Assembly: GCA_030681595.1 (NCBI GenBank)
Contig: JAUXSB010000061.1
Coordinates: forward strand, 5,392-69,391
DNA length: 64,000 nt
Direction: 5' to 3'
Source of the DNA: Candidatus Omnitrophota bacterium
Lineage (GTDB): Bacteria; Omnitrophota; Gorgyraeia; Ghiorseimicrobiales; Ghiorseimicrobiaceae
Part shown: one piece after another, positions 37,277-46,887 of the stretch
Position numbering within the stretch: the first letter of the stretch is position 1
Layout of the letters: every line of letters starts with the position of its first letter
Translations under genes and position numbers: made by a program
Notes under the pieces: model-generated
What the model saw: only the letters and a program-made list of their open reading frames with translations
Database searches by the model: none
What the model was told of the DNA's origin: nothing

Positions 37277-38737
37277 TCAGTGCGGAGAATAGAAACTTCC
37301 GTTGTTTATCGCTTGTCTTGCCTCCCCCACCACAAACAACGAACCCGTTACCAAAATTAAATCTTTTCTATCGGCAATTTCTTTTGCTTTCTCTATTGCC
37401 TCTCTAACATCTTTAGTTAAATATATTTCAGCTTGCAGCTTGCAGCTTGCAGCTTGCAGCTTGATATGTTCCGCCTCCGCCGCCCGCGGGCTATTCGCCT
37501 TAGTCAAGATAACTTCATCCGCCATCGGAAAAAACTCGCTACATATTCCCTCAATATCCTTATCTTGGCAAACCCCTAAAACTAAGATTAACCTTTTATA
37601 TTGTCCTCCGGAGGCGGATCCGCCTTCGGCGGAAAAATTATGCTTAATCGTTTCTTTTAACGCCTTTGCCGATGCCGCATTCTGCGCCCCGTCTAATATA
37701 ATCCAAGGATTTTTACTAACAACTTCACATCTCCCCGGCCAAACCGTATTATAAATCCCTTTTCTGATGGAATCGACACTAATATTGACGCCATTAAATC
37801 GCAATGCCTCAACCACCCCCACTGCCGTAGCCGCATTCACCAATTGATGTTTGCCTAAAAGTTTTATTCTTAAATTCTTATACTCACTAAAAATCCCTCG
37901 TATCTCAAACTTACTTATTTTGTATTTATTTTTGACTTTTGACTTTTGACTTTTGACTTTATAAATTATATCTTTCCCCACCTCATATAATTTTGCCCCC
38001 ACCTGCCTGCACCTATTCCTAATTACCTCGGCTGCCCCTTCCTCCTGCGGCGCACTGATTACTACCGAGGGACGAGGGACGAAAGACGAGAGACGAAAAT
38101 TCTTAATAATTCCGGCTTTTTCTCTGGCAATTTTCTCAATAGTATTGCCCAAAAGTTGAGTATGCTCTAAACTTATCGGGGTAATTGCACAAACTAAAGG
38201 ATTGACTACATTGGTAGCATCCAACCTTCCGCCTAAGCCGGTTTCCAAAACCACAAAATCTGCCTTTTTTTCTTTAAAATAAACAAAGGAAAGCGCGGTA
38301 TAAACCTCAAAGAAAGTAAGCGAACCGTATTTTGAATTTTTATTAAATTTATCTGTCTTTGGCTTTAATTCAGAAACTAACCGGCAAAGTGCCCGCCTTG
38401 GAATCATCCCTTCAAACTCGGGGCTCGGGGCTCGGGGCTCGGGGCTCGGTAACAAAATTCGTATTCGTTCACGAAAATCCGATAGATGCGGCGAGGTATA
38501 CAAACCGGTTTTATATCCCGCCTCACGTAAAATATAAGCACAAAAGGCACAGGTTGAACCTTTGCCTTTTGTGCCGGCAACATGAATACATTTAAACGCG
38601 CCTTGAGGATTGCCTAAAATTTCTAGCAGCTCTTTTATGCGCTCTAATTTAATTAAACGTTTATAATGATATTGGGATTTTTTTTCGTAGTTAACGAAAG
38701 ATTCTAAATAGCGGATTGCTTCGGGGAAAGATAACAT
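37277..38737 (-). CDS. folC: Folylpolyglutamate synthase/dihydrofolate synthase with several low-complexity in-frame inserts
   Basis: P-loop GTKGKGST and the Mur-ligase fold; 486 aa. The inserts are encoded by heptamer repeat tracts (see repeats). Confidence 0.85.
   Translation of the reverse strand: MLSFPEAIRYLESFVNYEKKSQYHYKRLIKLERIKELLEILGNPQGAFKCIHVAGTKGKGSTCAFCAYILREAGYKTGLYTSPHLSDFRERIRILLPSPEPRAPSPEFEGMIPRRALCRLVSELKPKTDKFNKNSKYGSLTFFEVYTALSFVYFKEKKADFVVLETGLGGRLDATNVVNPLVCAITPISLEHTQLLGNTIEKIAREKAGIIKNFRLSSFVPRPSVVISAPQEEGAAEVIRNRCRQVGAKLYEVGKDIIYKVKSQKSKVKNKYKISKFEIRGIFSEYKNLRIKLLGKHQLVNAATAVGVVEALRFNGVNISVDSIRKGIYNTVWPGRCEVVSKNPWIILDGAQNAASAKALKETIKHNFSAEGGSASGGQYKRLILVLGVCQDKDIEGICSEFFPMADEVILTKANSPRAAEAEHIKLQAASCKLQAEIYLTKDVREAIEKAKEIADRKDLILVTGSLFVVGEARQAINNGSFYSPH
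37437..37473 (-). repeat. Tandem heptanucleotide tract (cttgcag x ~5) inside folC
   Basis: cagcttgcagcttgcagcttgcagcttgcagcttga; it encodes KLQAASCKLQAE in frame. Confidence 0.8.
37930..37960 (-). repeat. Tandem heptanucleotide tract (ttttgac x 4) inside folC
   Basis: ttttgacttttgacttttgacttttgacttt; it encodes KVKSQKSKVKNKYK. Confidence 0.8.
38062..38098 (-). repeat. Degenerate heptamer tract (gagggac gagggac gaaagac gagagac) inside folC
   Basis: It encodes RLSSFVPRPSVV. Confidence 0.6.
38418..38449 (-). repeat. Tandem heptanucleotide tract (ggggctc x 4) inside folC
   Basis: cggggctcggggctcggggctcggggctcgg; it encodes PSPEPRAPSPE. Confidence 0.8.
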
Positions 38738-38741
38738 GTAT

Positions 38742-38766
38742 CATGTAACAGGTTACATGTAACAGG
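38742..38766. promoter_or_regulatory. Direct repeat catgtaacagg x 2 containing the perfect palindrome GTTACATGTAAC, immediately upstream of the folC start codon
   Basis: tcatgtaacaggttacatgtaacagg, 5-30 nt upstream of the ATG at 38737; a candidate operator. Confidence 0.25.
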
Positions 38767-38834
38767 ATATAAACTGCAAACAACAAAAATAAATTTTTAC
38801 ATGAAACGGGGCCTGATACGCGTAACGCACAAAT

Positions 38835-40394
38835 TTAGTGCTTAAAATGCCGCATCCCGCAGAAAGCCATAGCAACCCCCTTTTTATCGGCAGTCTTGAT
38901 GATTTGTTCATCAGCAATTGAGCCGCCGGGTTGAATTATGGCTTTTATGCCGCCCTTTGCCAGCTGGATAATCGCGTCTTCTTTAGGAAAAAATGCATCA
39001 GAAGCGCAAGTAGCACCCTTGGCCAATTTACCGGCTTTTTTTATGGCGATATAAGCGCTATCCACGCGCGACATTTGGCCCGCGCCGATACCCACAGTTT
39101 TAGTGCCTTTAACCAAAATAATGCTATTAGATTTAACATGTTTTGCCACCTTAAAAGCAAAGAGCAAAGATTCTATCTCTTTTTTGGCAGGTTTCTTTTT
39201 TGTAACTATTTTAAAACTGTTAGGCTCGTAAACCTTTAAATCTTTATCCTGAAGGAGAAGGCCTCCAGAAACTTTCTTAAAATCAAAATTATCGCTTTGG
39301 GGAGTTTTTAATTCCAAAATCCTCACATTTTTCTTCTTCTTTAAAATTTCAAGCGCCGCGCTATTAAAAGAAGGCGCGATTACACATTCAATAAATCCGC
39401 TCTTATCTACCGCGGCGGCGACTTTTTCATCTATAGCGCGGTTAAAAGCGATGATCCCGCCGAAAGCAGAAAACGGGTCACACTTGTAGGCATTCTGATA
39501 TGCCTTAAGCAGGCTTTTGTCTTCGGATACACCGCAGGGATTATTGTGTTTAACAATTACTGCGGCAGGCTTTTCAAATTCGCTTACTAATTCCCACGCG
39601 GAATTTAAATCCAAGATATTATTAAAAGATAACTCTTTACCTCCTAACTGCTTTACCGAAGCAATGCCCTCCAGCTCTTTTCCTTTAACACGGTAAAAAG
39701 CAGCCTTTTGATGAGAATTCTCACCATATCTTAAATCTTGTATTTTTTCAAAACTAAAATCTATTTCCTGAGGAAAATTCATCTTCTCAAGGGGCCCGAG
39801 CGAAAAAGAACCTTTCAGATAATTAAAAATTGCCCTGTCGTAAGAAGAAGTAAGGTTAAATACGTCTAAGGCAAGCCTGGTTAAAACCGCATCCGACAGG
39901 ACAGCGTTATTATTTTTCAGTTCGCGTAATACCTCATCATATCTTGCCGGATTAGAAACTACCGCTACCGAACGGTAATTCTTTGCAGCAGACCTTAACA
40001 TTGACGGGCCGCCGATATCGATATTCTCAATCGCAGTGCTAAGCGTTACATTCTTTTTCTGTATAGTTTTTTCAAAAGGGTATAAGTTTACCACCACCAT
40101 ATCAATTAAGCCGATTTTATACTGTTGGAGCTGTTTTATATGGCCGGGGTTATCCCGCAACGCTAGAAGCCCGCCATGTATCTTAGGATGCAGTGTTTTT
40201 ACCCGTCCGTCGAGCATTTCAGGAAAACCCGTGTAATCAGAGACTTCGATAACGCCTACCCCGCCTTCGGATAAAAGTTTCGCTGTTCCGCCGGTAGAAA
40301 TTATTTCCACGCCTAAATTTTTCAGGCCCCGGGCGAATTCTAATATTCCCTGTTTATCTGATACGCTTATCAACGCGCGTTTTACTTTAATCAT
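38835..40394 (-). CDS. purH: Bifunctional AICAR transformylase/IMP cyclohydrolase
   Basis: MIKVKRALISVSDKQGILEFARGL..GVEIISTGGTAK, the MGS-like domain plus the AICARFT domain. The start is taken at the ATG at 40394 rather than the track start at 40418. Confidence 0.9.
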   Translation of the reverse strand: MIKVKRALISVSDKQGILEFARGLKNLGVEIISTGGTAKLLSEGGVGVIEVSDYTGFPEMLDGRVKTLHPKIHGGLLALRDNPGHIKQLQQYKIGLIDMVVVNLYPFEKTIQKKNVTLSTAIENIDIGGPSMLRSAAKNYRSVAVVSNPARYDEVLRELKNNNAVLSDAVLTRLALDVFNLTSSYDRAIFNYLKGSFSLGPLEKMNFPQEIDFSFEKIQDLRYGENSHQKAAFYRVKGKELEGIASVKQLGGKELSFNNILDLNSAWELVSEFEKPAAVIVKHNNPCGVSEDKSLLKAYQNAYKCDPFSAFGGIIAFNRAIDEKVAAAVDKSGFIECVIAPSFNSAALEILKKKKNVRILELKTPQSDNFDFKKVSGGLLLQDKDLKVYEPNSFKIVTKKKPAKKEIESLLFAFKVAKHVKSNSIILVKGTKTVGIGAGQMSRVDSAYIAIKKAGKLAKGATCASDAFFPKEDAIIQLAKGGIKAIIQPGGSIADEQIIKTADKKGVAMAFCGMRHFKH

Positions 40395-40526
40395 TATTTG
40401 TCCCCTCAATGAGCACATAAGTTACGGGGGCGAGGCCGACGTAACTTATAAGTGCGAATTGATACCGCCGAATGATGGAAAATTATCGCAAGAAAATTTT
40501 CCATCATCCTATGAGGCGGGAATCAT

Positions 40527-41237
40527 TTACTTGCTACACCTAATCAGCATCCAATCACCATCTTGGACAATATAATCTTTATTTTCTAATTTTAAGAGCC
40601 CGCTGTTACGCGCTTCGTTCAAATGGCCGGACTTTATCAAGTCATCATAATGCACAACTTCGGCGCGGATAAAACCCCGCTGGATATCCGAATGTATCGC
40701 GCCTGCCGCATCCCATGCGGTTTGCCCTTTCTTAAGCGGCCAGGCATGGGAATCTTTATCTCCGACGGTAAAAAATGATATATAGCCGAATTCATTATAA
40801 GCCTTTAATAAAAAATCATCTTTATCCGGCGGATTTTCTTTATCTATTAAATATACCGGCCTTAAGGTAACCAACTGAAAACCGGCGATGATCTTCTTTT
40901 CGGCATCGCTTAACGTCTCGCAAAATAGGAGATCTTCCTTCTCCAGCCTTGCCTTAAATTTATTAAGTAATTCTTTTTCTTTTGCGTCTTCTGCGCGGGA
41001 TAATCTTGTTTCCACAAATTCCAGATCGGATAAAATTAAGTCCACTTTCGCGTTTTTATCCGCGATTATACCGTCTGCTTCGGATAATTTAGCCTGCTCA
41101 TAAATTAATTCCGCCTCTATGTATACCTTTTTGGCAGACTTAAATAAATCCTTCAATTTATCTACGCGCCTGTCAACGACTGTAATCTTGGAGCCGGAAA
41201 AAATATTATCTAAACCGTAAATTCCAAATTTTGCCAT
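40527..41237 (-). CDS. YchF-like protein lacking a functional G domain (coiled-coil plus TGS/DUF933 C-terminus only)
   Basis: The C-terminus FFTVGDKDSHAWPLKKGQTAWDAAGAIHSDIQRGFIRAEVVHYDDL...LENKDYIVQDGD matches the YchF TGS domain. The N-terminal MAKFGIYGLDNIFSGSKIT is a degenerate remnant of the G1 motif (GIVGLPNVGKST). 236 aa against about 360 for YchF. Confidence 0.6.
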   Translation of the reverse strand: MAKFGIYGLDNIFSGSKITVVDRRVDKLKDLFKSAKKVYIEAELIYEQAKLSEADGIIADKNAKVDLILSDLEFVETRLSRAEDAKEKELLNKFKARLEKEDLLFCETLSDAEKKIIAGFQLVTLRPVYLIDKENPPDKDDFLLKAYNEFGYISFFTVGDKDSHAWPLKKGQTAWDAAGAIHSDIQRGFIRAEVVHYDDLIKSGHLNEARNSGLLKLENKDYIVQDGDWMLIRCSK

Positions 41238-41473
41238 GAGATTTACCCCGTTAGAAATAATCCGCCGCGGGCGGATGTCTAGCTAATATAAACTTAAACA
41301 TAATTTATAGCTTCTCTAAAAATCTATTGCCCCAAAATGCTTCTGTTGCTATCTCTAACGGGGTTAATTAAAAGGCGTGCCTTACTTTGTTATTTTAAAC
41401 CGAAAATACGAATTGCGGTTATATTATAAAGGAAAACGGGGTAGGCGTCAACAAATAGTTAAAGGGCAGACGA

Positions 41474-42523
41474 TTAAAACCTATATTTTAATTCTGACCA
41501 GAACAACACCTGCGTAAGTTTTGTAAATTGGTCTTTATCCCATGCTGGATTACGAGTCTCATCCCAGGTTATTCCGTCAATCCTGGCAAATGTGCCGTCT
41601 AAGCCCAATCCAAAATTCCAATTATGCATAAGGCCCCAAATGCCTTCGATGCCAAACATAAAAGCATATTTAGGCTTATCGTAATCGCCATAGAAAGTTA
41701 AAGACCGCAATAAATGATTATCCACATCTTTGGCAGTCGGTAATGGAGAATATTTAAGATTCATGCTGAATTTAAACTCTTTGCGCAATATATCGGCGGC
41801 CAGGCCAACATACGGAAAGTAGTATTGAATTTTATATGTTCCGATGTGTTCATCTTGATACGACATAACTCCTAAGATTCTATCGTATAAATCGTATAAA
41901 TCGTAATCAAACCTCTCGTATTTATAACCTATCAACGCGCCCAACTTTATTCCGTCGGAGGCCAATAACGCCAACGGCTCTATGTTTCTGGGCGCAATGC
42001 CTTCATAAAAATCATACCGCACATACCCCTCGGCAATAACAGCATCCATGTCTGCCCTTGATTCGGTAGAAGATATTAATGTTGCGCTAAACCAATCTTT
42101 ATCCGTCATCTTAGAGTTGGCTTCTTTGTCTATAGGGGCCCAGAAGTCAATATTTAAAGAAAATTTTTTAAAACCGGCGTTAACATTCGCCCCGCCCATC
42201 CAGTTATCAAAGGGAAACATTAATTCGCTTACATGGTTATCAAAATCATAAGTGGTGTCTCCGGCGATATAGCCTATTTTAAGCGTAACCTCTAATTCAA
42301 TCTCGTCTAACGTCTCGCCGATAATTTTATGCCTTTTAAAAAACGGGCTGGAAACCGATTCCTCTTCCGCTCGAACCGTCCTGGCAAGCGCTGGTTCGCC
42401 TTTGAGTACGTCTAACGCATCCTGAATTGCTGTTTCTCTTGAATCAGAATAAGAAAAAACAAAAGGGGGAATAAGTAAGCCTAAAATCAAAAATGCAGAT
42501 ACTAGAGTATTTGATTTATTCAA
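41474..42523 (-). CDS. Putative outer-membrane beta-barrel protein
   Basis: Probable TTG start at 42523, overlapping the kamA stop; the track ORF extends further through kamA. It has a signal peptide and a C-terminal …SELKYRF with a terminal Phe. Confidence 0.4.
   Translation of the reverse strand: MNKSNTLVSAFLILGLLIPPFVFSYSDSRETAIQDALDVLKGEPALARTVRAEEESVSSPFFKRHKIIGETLDEIELEVTLKIGYIAGDTTYDFDNHVSELMFPFDNWMGGANVNAGFKKFSLNIDFWAPIDKEANSKMTDKDWFSATLISSTESRADMDAVIAEGYVRYDFYEGIAPRNIEPLALLASDGIKLGALIGYKYERFDYDLYDLYDRILGVMSYQDEHIGTYKIQYYFPYVGLAADILRKEFKFSMNLKYSPLPTAKDVDNHLLRSLTFYGDYDKPKYAFMFGIEGIWGLMHNWNFGLGLDGTFARIDGITWDETRNPAWDKDQFTKLTQVLFWSELKYRF
41883..41909 (-). repeat. 9-nt tandem repeat (atcgtataa x 3) inside an OMP gene
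   Basis: It encodes YDLYDLYDR. Confidence 0.6.
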
Positions 42524-43694
42524 TGTAGGTATATATTTTTCCCTTATAGTTCCTAAGGGTATAGCGCCCCTTGTCCTGAGAAAGGAGATAATTCGGGCCA
42601 ACGGGAATTTTACCTCCGCCGCCGGGGGCATCAACTACGTAAGTGGGAACGGCATAACCCGAAGTGTATCCACGCATCTTTTCAATAATGTTTATACCGA
42701 CGGCAACGGGTGTCCGGAAATGCGCGGTACCTTTTACCGGGTCACACTGATAGATATAATACGGCCGCACTCTCACTTTGAGCAGCTCATGCATGAGTTT
42801 GCGCATAATATATGGCTTATCGTTAATCCCGTTTAATAATACAGTCTGCGAACCTAAAGGAAAACCCGAATCAGCAAACATTCCCATTGCCTGCCTCACC
42901 CTTTTTGTAATCTCGCGTGGATGGTTAAAATGCAGGCTTATCCAAATGGGCGAGTACTTTTTTAGCATGGTAACTAATTTTTCGGTAATCCGCTGCGGAA
43001 GCGTTACCGGCACGCGGCTGCCAATACGCAAAAATTCTACATGCGAAATACCGCGAATAGCCTGAATAATTTTTTCTAACTCGTCGTCTTCCAGCATAAG
43101 CGGGTCTCCGCCGGAAATGAGTACGTCGCGGATTTTATGGTTAGACTTAATGTAATCTACCGCCTTAGATAAATCAAACGGCTTATGCTCTTTTTCGCCG
43201 ACAATTCTGCGCCGCGTGCAATGACGGCAATACATCGCGCACTGCTCTGTCGCCAGGAGTAAAACCCTATCCGGATAACGGTGCACCAACCCCGGCACGG
43301 GAGAATCCCTGTCTTCGGCGCAAGGGTCCACCATTTCATGAGGAGCTATATTAAATTCTTCCGCCAGAGGAACAGCTTGGCGCCTTATGGGGCACTGTGG
43401 ATCTTCGGTATCCATTAATGTCGCCCAATAAGGGGTAACGGAAACTGCGAGGCGTCCGCGGCTGCGGCGGATGCCTTCCTCTTCTTGCGGAGTAAGCTGA
43501 ATAACCTGGGCTAACTGCTCTTTAGTGTGAATGCTGTTTTTTACCTGCCAATGCCAGTCTTCCCACTCTAAAGGAGAAATATCTTTAAAAAGGCTTATCT
43601 CGCTGTAATCAACGGGAAAAGTTTTGCGCCGCGCCGGAGCCGCAGAAACATTCTCTGCTTGTGGCTTCTCCAAAACCTGGGGGTTATTGGCCAA
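42516..43694 (-). CDS. kamA: Lysine 2,3-aminomutase family radical SAM protein
   Basis: CAMYCRHCTRRR radical SAM cluster in the typical KamA context; 392 aa. Confidence 0.8.
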   Translation of the reverse strand: MANNPQVLEKPQAENVSAAPARRKTFPVDYSEISLFKDISPLEWEDWHWQVKNSIHTKEQLAQVIQLTPQEEEGIRRSRGRLAVSVTPYWATLMDTEDPQCPIRRQAVPLAEEFNIAPHEMVDPCAEDRDSPVPGLVHRYPDRVLLLATEQCAMYCRHCTRRRIVGEKEHKPFDLSKAVDYIKSNHKIRDVLISGGDPLMLEDDELEKIIQAIRGISHVEFLRIGSRVPVTLPQRITEKLVTMLKKYSPIWISLHFNHPREITKRVRQAMGMFADSGFPLGSQTVLLNGINDKPYIMRKLMHELLKVRVRPYYIYQCDPVKGTAHFRTPVAVGINIIEKMRGYTSGYAVPTYVVDAPGGGGKIPVGPNYLLSQDKGRYTLRNYKGKIYTYIE

Positions 43695-43711
43695 TTTATC
43701 CTCCTCTGTTA

Positions 43712-44713
43712 TTATTTATTAAGTTTATATCTTTTTATTCCCGCATCCAAGATACGGTTAATTATCTTATGGAAATGGACTCCTTTATAATCCGCTACCA
43801 GCTTAAAAATATCTTTTACGGCCAATGAAGGCAAAGGGTTTATCTCTAAAACATAGAGATTACCTTTATCATCCACGCGAAAATCAACCCTGCCGAAATC
43901 ACGGCAGTCCACCGCCCTATAGGTAGAAAGGGCTAAATCACATATTTTTTTCTCAAGCGCTTTGTTTATCTTAGCCGGGTAAATATAACCTAATCTGTCT
44001 GAAGCAATAAAATCAAAGGTATAAAACTGATCCCCTAAATGCACATTATTATCAATATGCACCTGTGCCGGCGGAAAAACTTCGGGGCTGTCATTACCGA
44101 TAATCGGCACGGTAAACTCCGAACCCCTGATAAATTCTTCCACTAATACTGACTGCTTATAGTTAGAAATAAGCTGCCCTATCTGGGCTTTTAATTCCTT
44201 AGGATTATCTACGCGTGATTTTTCTGTCAAGCCTTTCGATGTGCCCTCATATCTGAGTTTTGCAATCAAGGGAAATCTTAAATGGTCTAAATTATAGGTT
44301 TTATTACCGGCATTCACCACAAAATATTTAGGCGTAGGGATCTTCTCCGAAATAAGCACTTTTTTGGTCATTACTTTATCGAGCGTTAAGCTTAAGGTCA
44401 GTCCGTCGGAGCCTACAAAAGGGACATTAAGCGTTTCTAAAATTACCGGCACCTGCGCTTCCCTGTTTCTACCCAGATAACCTTCACAAATATTAAAAAC
44501 TATATCTACTCTCCCTCGAATGTTATCCCCGATGCTTAAAAGATTTTTTACGCCGCCGATTCGGACAACTTTATGGCCACCGGACTCAAGTGCTAAAGCA
44601 ATATTGTTTACAGTTTCTTCCGAGTCAAATTCAGCGTTAATATCTACCGGCTCACCTTCTTTAACCGGCCGTTTACTTTTTAAATCATATGTAAAACCTA
44701 CTCTTAACCCCAT
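43712..44713 (-). CDS. ATP-grasp enzyme of the D-alanine--D-alanine ligase family
   Basis: …FGRVDFRVDDKGNLYVLEINPLPSL at the C-terminus matches the Ddl-family ATP-grasp. Confidence 0.65.
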   Translation of the reverse strand: MGLRVGFTYDLKSKRPVKEGEPVDINAEFDSEETVNNIALALESGGHKVVRIGGVKNLLSIGDNIRGRVDIVFNICEGYLGRNREAQVPVILETLNVPFVGSDGLTLSLTLDKVMTKKVLISEKIPTPKYFVVNAGNKTYNLDHLRFPLIAKLRYEGTSKGLTEKSRVDNPKELKAQIGQLISNYKQSVLVEEFIRGSEFTVPIIGNDSPEVFPPAQVHIDNNVHLGDQFYTFDFIASDRLGYIYPAKINKALEKKICDLALSTYRAVDCRDFGRVDFRVDDKGNLYVLEINPLPSLAVKDIFKLVADYKGVHFHKIINRILDAGIKRYKLNK

Positions 44714-44945
44714 AATCGCAACATAAAAAAAGAGCCCTTACTCTTGAGCCCCCCTTATTATCTCCCTATTTTTTCCAATTTTGTCTTCTTCCCTCGTTTA
44801 TTTTAGTTTTCCACAACTATTTCTTGCGCCATTATCTAAAAATTAACACAAGATGTAGTAATTGTCAATAAAAATTTGCAAACTTGCGTTTAAATTTTTA
44901 TTGATGCCGTAAAGACTTTTACGGTGGAGAGAATAAAAAAGTTAC

Positions 44946-45584
44946 TTAAGAAATCCCTACGCCTAAATTGCTTAAACTTGCTAAAAGGGCAAGGTAATTT
45001 TTAAAACAAATGCTCTTTATCCCCAGCGCCTTTCCCTCTTTAACCAAGTCCTCCCTGTCGTCGATATAGATCGCCTCTTTAATACCCGCCCCCGCCTCTT
45101 TAAGCGCTTTTCTATAAATTAACGGGCCGGGTTTACGCGAGCCAACTTCATAAGAGAGCACATGTTTATCGAATTCTTCAAATATGGCATATTCCTTTAT
45201 CAAATAATCATAATGCAATTTATTAATATTGGAAATTAAAACAACCGTAAACTTCTCTTTGAGCTTTTTAATTAAATTATGCACTTTTAGGTTATCGTCG
45301 GTAAGGAAAAAAATCTCGTTCCAGATAGCTACAAATTCTTCATACCCAATCTCCATGCTCAACAATTCCTTTACCTTGCGGTAAAACTCAACAGGGGTAA
45401 GCTTGCCTTCTTCGAATAAACCCGTAAGATTTGAATCAAAAAATAATTGGTAGATTTCGCCCGTATTTTTATCAGTGAAATTTTTTATCCTCTCAACTGC
45501 CAGATAATGGTCGAAGTTAACCGTAACGTTTCCCAAGTCAAACAATATTGCCTTAATATTTGCGGCTATTTTTTGCGTTATCAT
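44946..45584 (-). CDS. HAD-superfamily hydrolase
   Basis: N-terminal ILFDLGNV (DxG motif I) and C-terminal IDDRED (motif IV). Confidence 0.55.
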   Translation of the reverse strand: MITQKIAANIKAILFDLGNVTVNFDHYLAVERIKNFTDKNTGEIYQLFFDSNLTGLFEEGKLTPVEFYRKVKELLSMEIGYEEFVAIWNEIFFLTDDNLKVHNLIKKLKEKFTVVLISNINKLHYDYLIKEYAIFEEFDKHVLSYEVGSRKPGPLIYRKALKEAGAGIKEAIYIDDREDLVKEGKALGIKSICFKNYLALLASLSNLGVGIS

Positions 45585-46204
45585 TTCTTCTTTAGGCTGA
45601 ATTTTCCATCAGTAACGTATAAATAAAATTCGGTTTTTTCATCTCCGGAATCATAACTCGCTTTCGCTGGGCGTATATCCAAAAAGGCAAATTTATGCTT
45701 ATTTAAAAAACCTAATAATTTATCCGGGCGCCCGGATAAATTATAAGACAATTCCGGAAACTGCCCCTCGCTAACCGGATTCGTAAATCTGCTTCTTACG
45801 CGGCTAAGCCTGAATAGATTAATCTGCTTTTTATTTAATCCCACCTTAATAATATCGCCGTCAATTATCCATTGATTGCCCACAAGCAGGAATTTTTCCG
45901 GACGAAAACTCCGGGGGAAAGTAAGATGCTTTATACTTAATACCGTATCATAAATTTCGGCCTCAACCGGAGTAGATTCAATTACGGCTAACGGTTTATC
46001 CTCATCGAACATGCGGTACGGGCTTATATAATAACCGACAAAGGTCAGAATCGCGCCTAAGAATAAAACACAAACAAAAGAAACCCCTATCCACAGAGCG
46101 CGCTTTGACACCAGCCCGACTGCGTCATTCTGGCGGGTCAATAGTTTCAATAAAGCGAAGCTTAACAACACCAGAAGTATACCTAAAATTAATATTGCCT
46201 GCAT
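45581..46204 (-). CDS. Hypothetical membrane protein
   Basis: Two N-terminal TM helices; 207 aa; overlaps the HAD gene by 4 nt. Confidence 0.35.
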   Translation of the reverse strand: MQAILILGILLVLLSFALLKLLTRQNDAVGLVSKRALWIGVSFVCVLFLGAILTFVGYYISPYRMFDEDKPLAVIESTPVEAEIYDTVLSIKHLTFPRSFRPEKFLLVGNQWIIDGDIIKVGLNKKQINLFRLSRVRSRFTNPVSEGQFPELSYNLSGRPDKLLGFLNKHKFAFLDIRPAKASYDSGDEKTEFYLYVTDGKFSLKKK

Positions 46205-46206
46205 GG

Positions 46207-46884
46207 CTAAAACATATACGTAATACTCGATGTTAACGCGTATTCATCTACGAAACGGCTCTCAAAATTAAACCGTACTTTTTCTTTTAAGAGATAATCG
46301 AAACCTAAGGCAAATCCATAATTTCCTTCCGAGCGCAGTGTCCCGCGCTGGCCGTCTACCCTCCGGATGAGGCGGGTATACCCGAGCTTCGCCCCAACAT
46401 AAGGGCTGAATTTTTCGCCTTTTAAGCTTAGGGAGGCGTCAAACTGTGTTTCATCCAGTATCGCCTTATGCGTAAGGTTATCTGTATTCTTATTCGGATC
46501 GGGGTGGATGCTAATATGATGCCAGCCTAAAATAAATTTTACCTTGTCGTCTTCAAACGCCTTCATTCTTAAACCGTATCCACCACCCCAATTATAATTA
46601 TAATAAAATTTTTGATCGTTGTACTGGTCGTTTTTAATATCGCCGGAACCGAATTTAGCTTCAATATCCAGCCAATCAAAAATGCCATAAACCATACAGT
46701 AAAAAAACTGGGAACTTTGTATATTAGTAGTAATATCTTCAATATCGCGCCGAAAGACGTAATTTGCCTCTGCCCCTACTTCAAATTCCCCTTGCTTAAG
46801 GAAATACGGCCCCTTAAACGGTACGGCAGAAGCGGAACCCGCATAAAAAATAATACCGCATGCGATCAATATTATTTTTTTCAT
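46207..46884 (-). CDS. Putative outer-membrane beta-barrel protein (OmpW/OmpA-like size)
   Basis: Signal peptide …GSASA, alternating beta pattern, and a terminal Phe. Confidence 0.4.
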   Translation of the reverse strand: MKKIILIACGIIFYAGSASAVPFKGPYFLKQGEFEVGAEANYVFRRDIEDITTNIQSSQFFYCMVYGIFDWLDIEAKFGSGDIKNDQYNDQKFYYNYNWGGGYGLRMKAFEDDKVKFILGWHHISIHPDPNKNTDNLTHKAILDETQFDASLSLKGEKFSPYVGAKLGYTRLIRRVDGQRGTLRSEGNYGFALGFDYLLKEKVRFNFESRFVDEYALTSSITYMF

Positions 46885-46887
46885 TCT

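Noticed and set aside
37437-38449. Possible CRISPR array suggested by the short tandem repeats
   Set aside because: The units are 7 nt with no spacers, they sit inside the folC reading frame, and no cas genes are present. This is not CRISPR.
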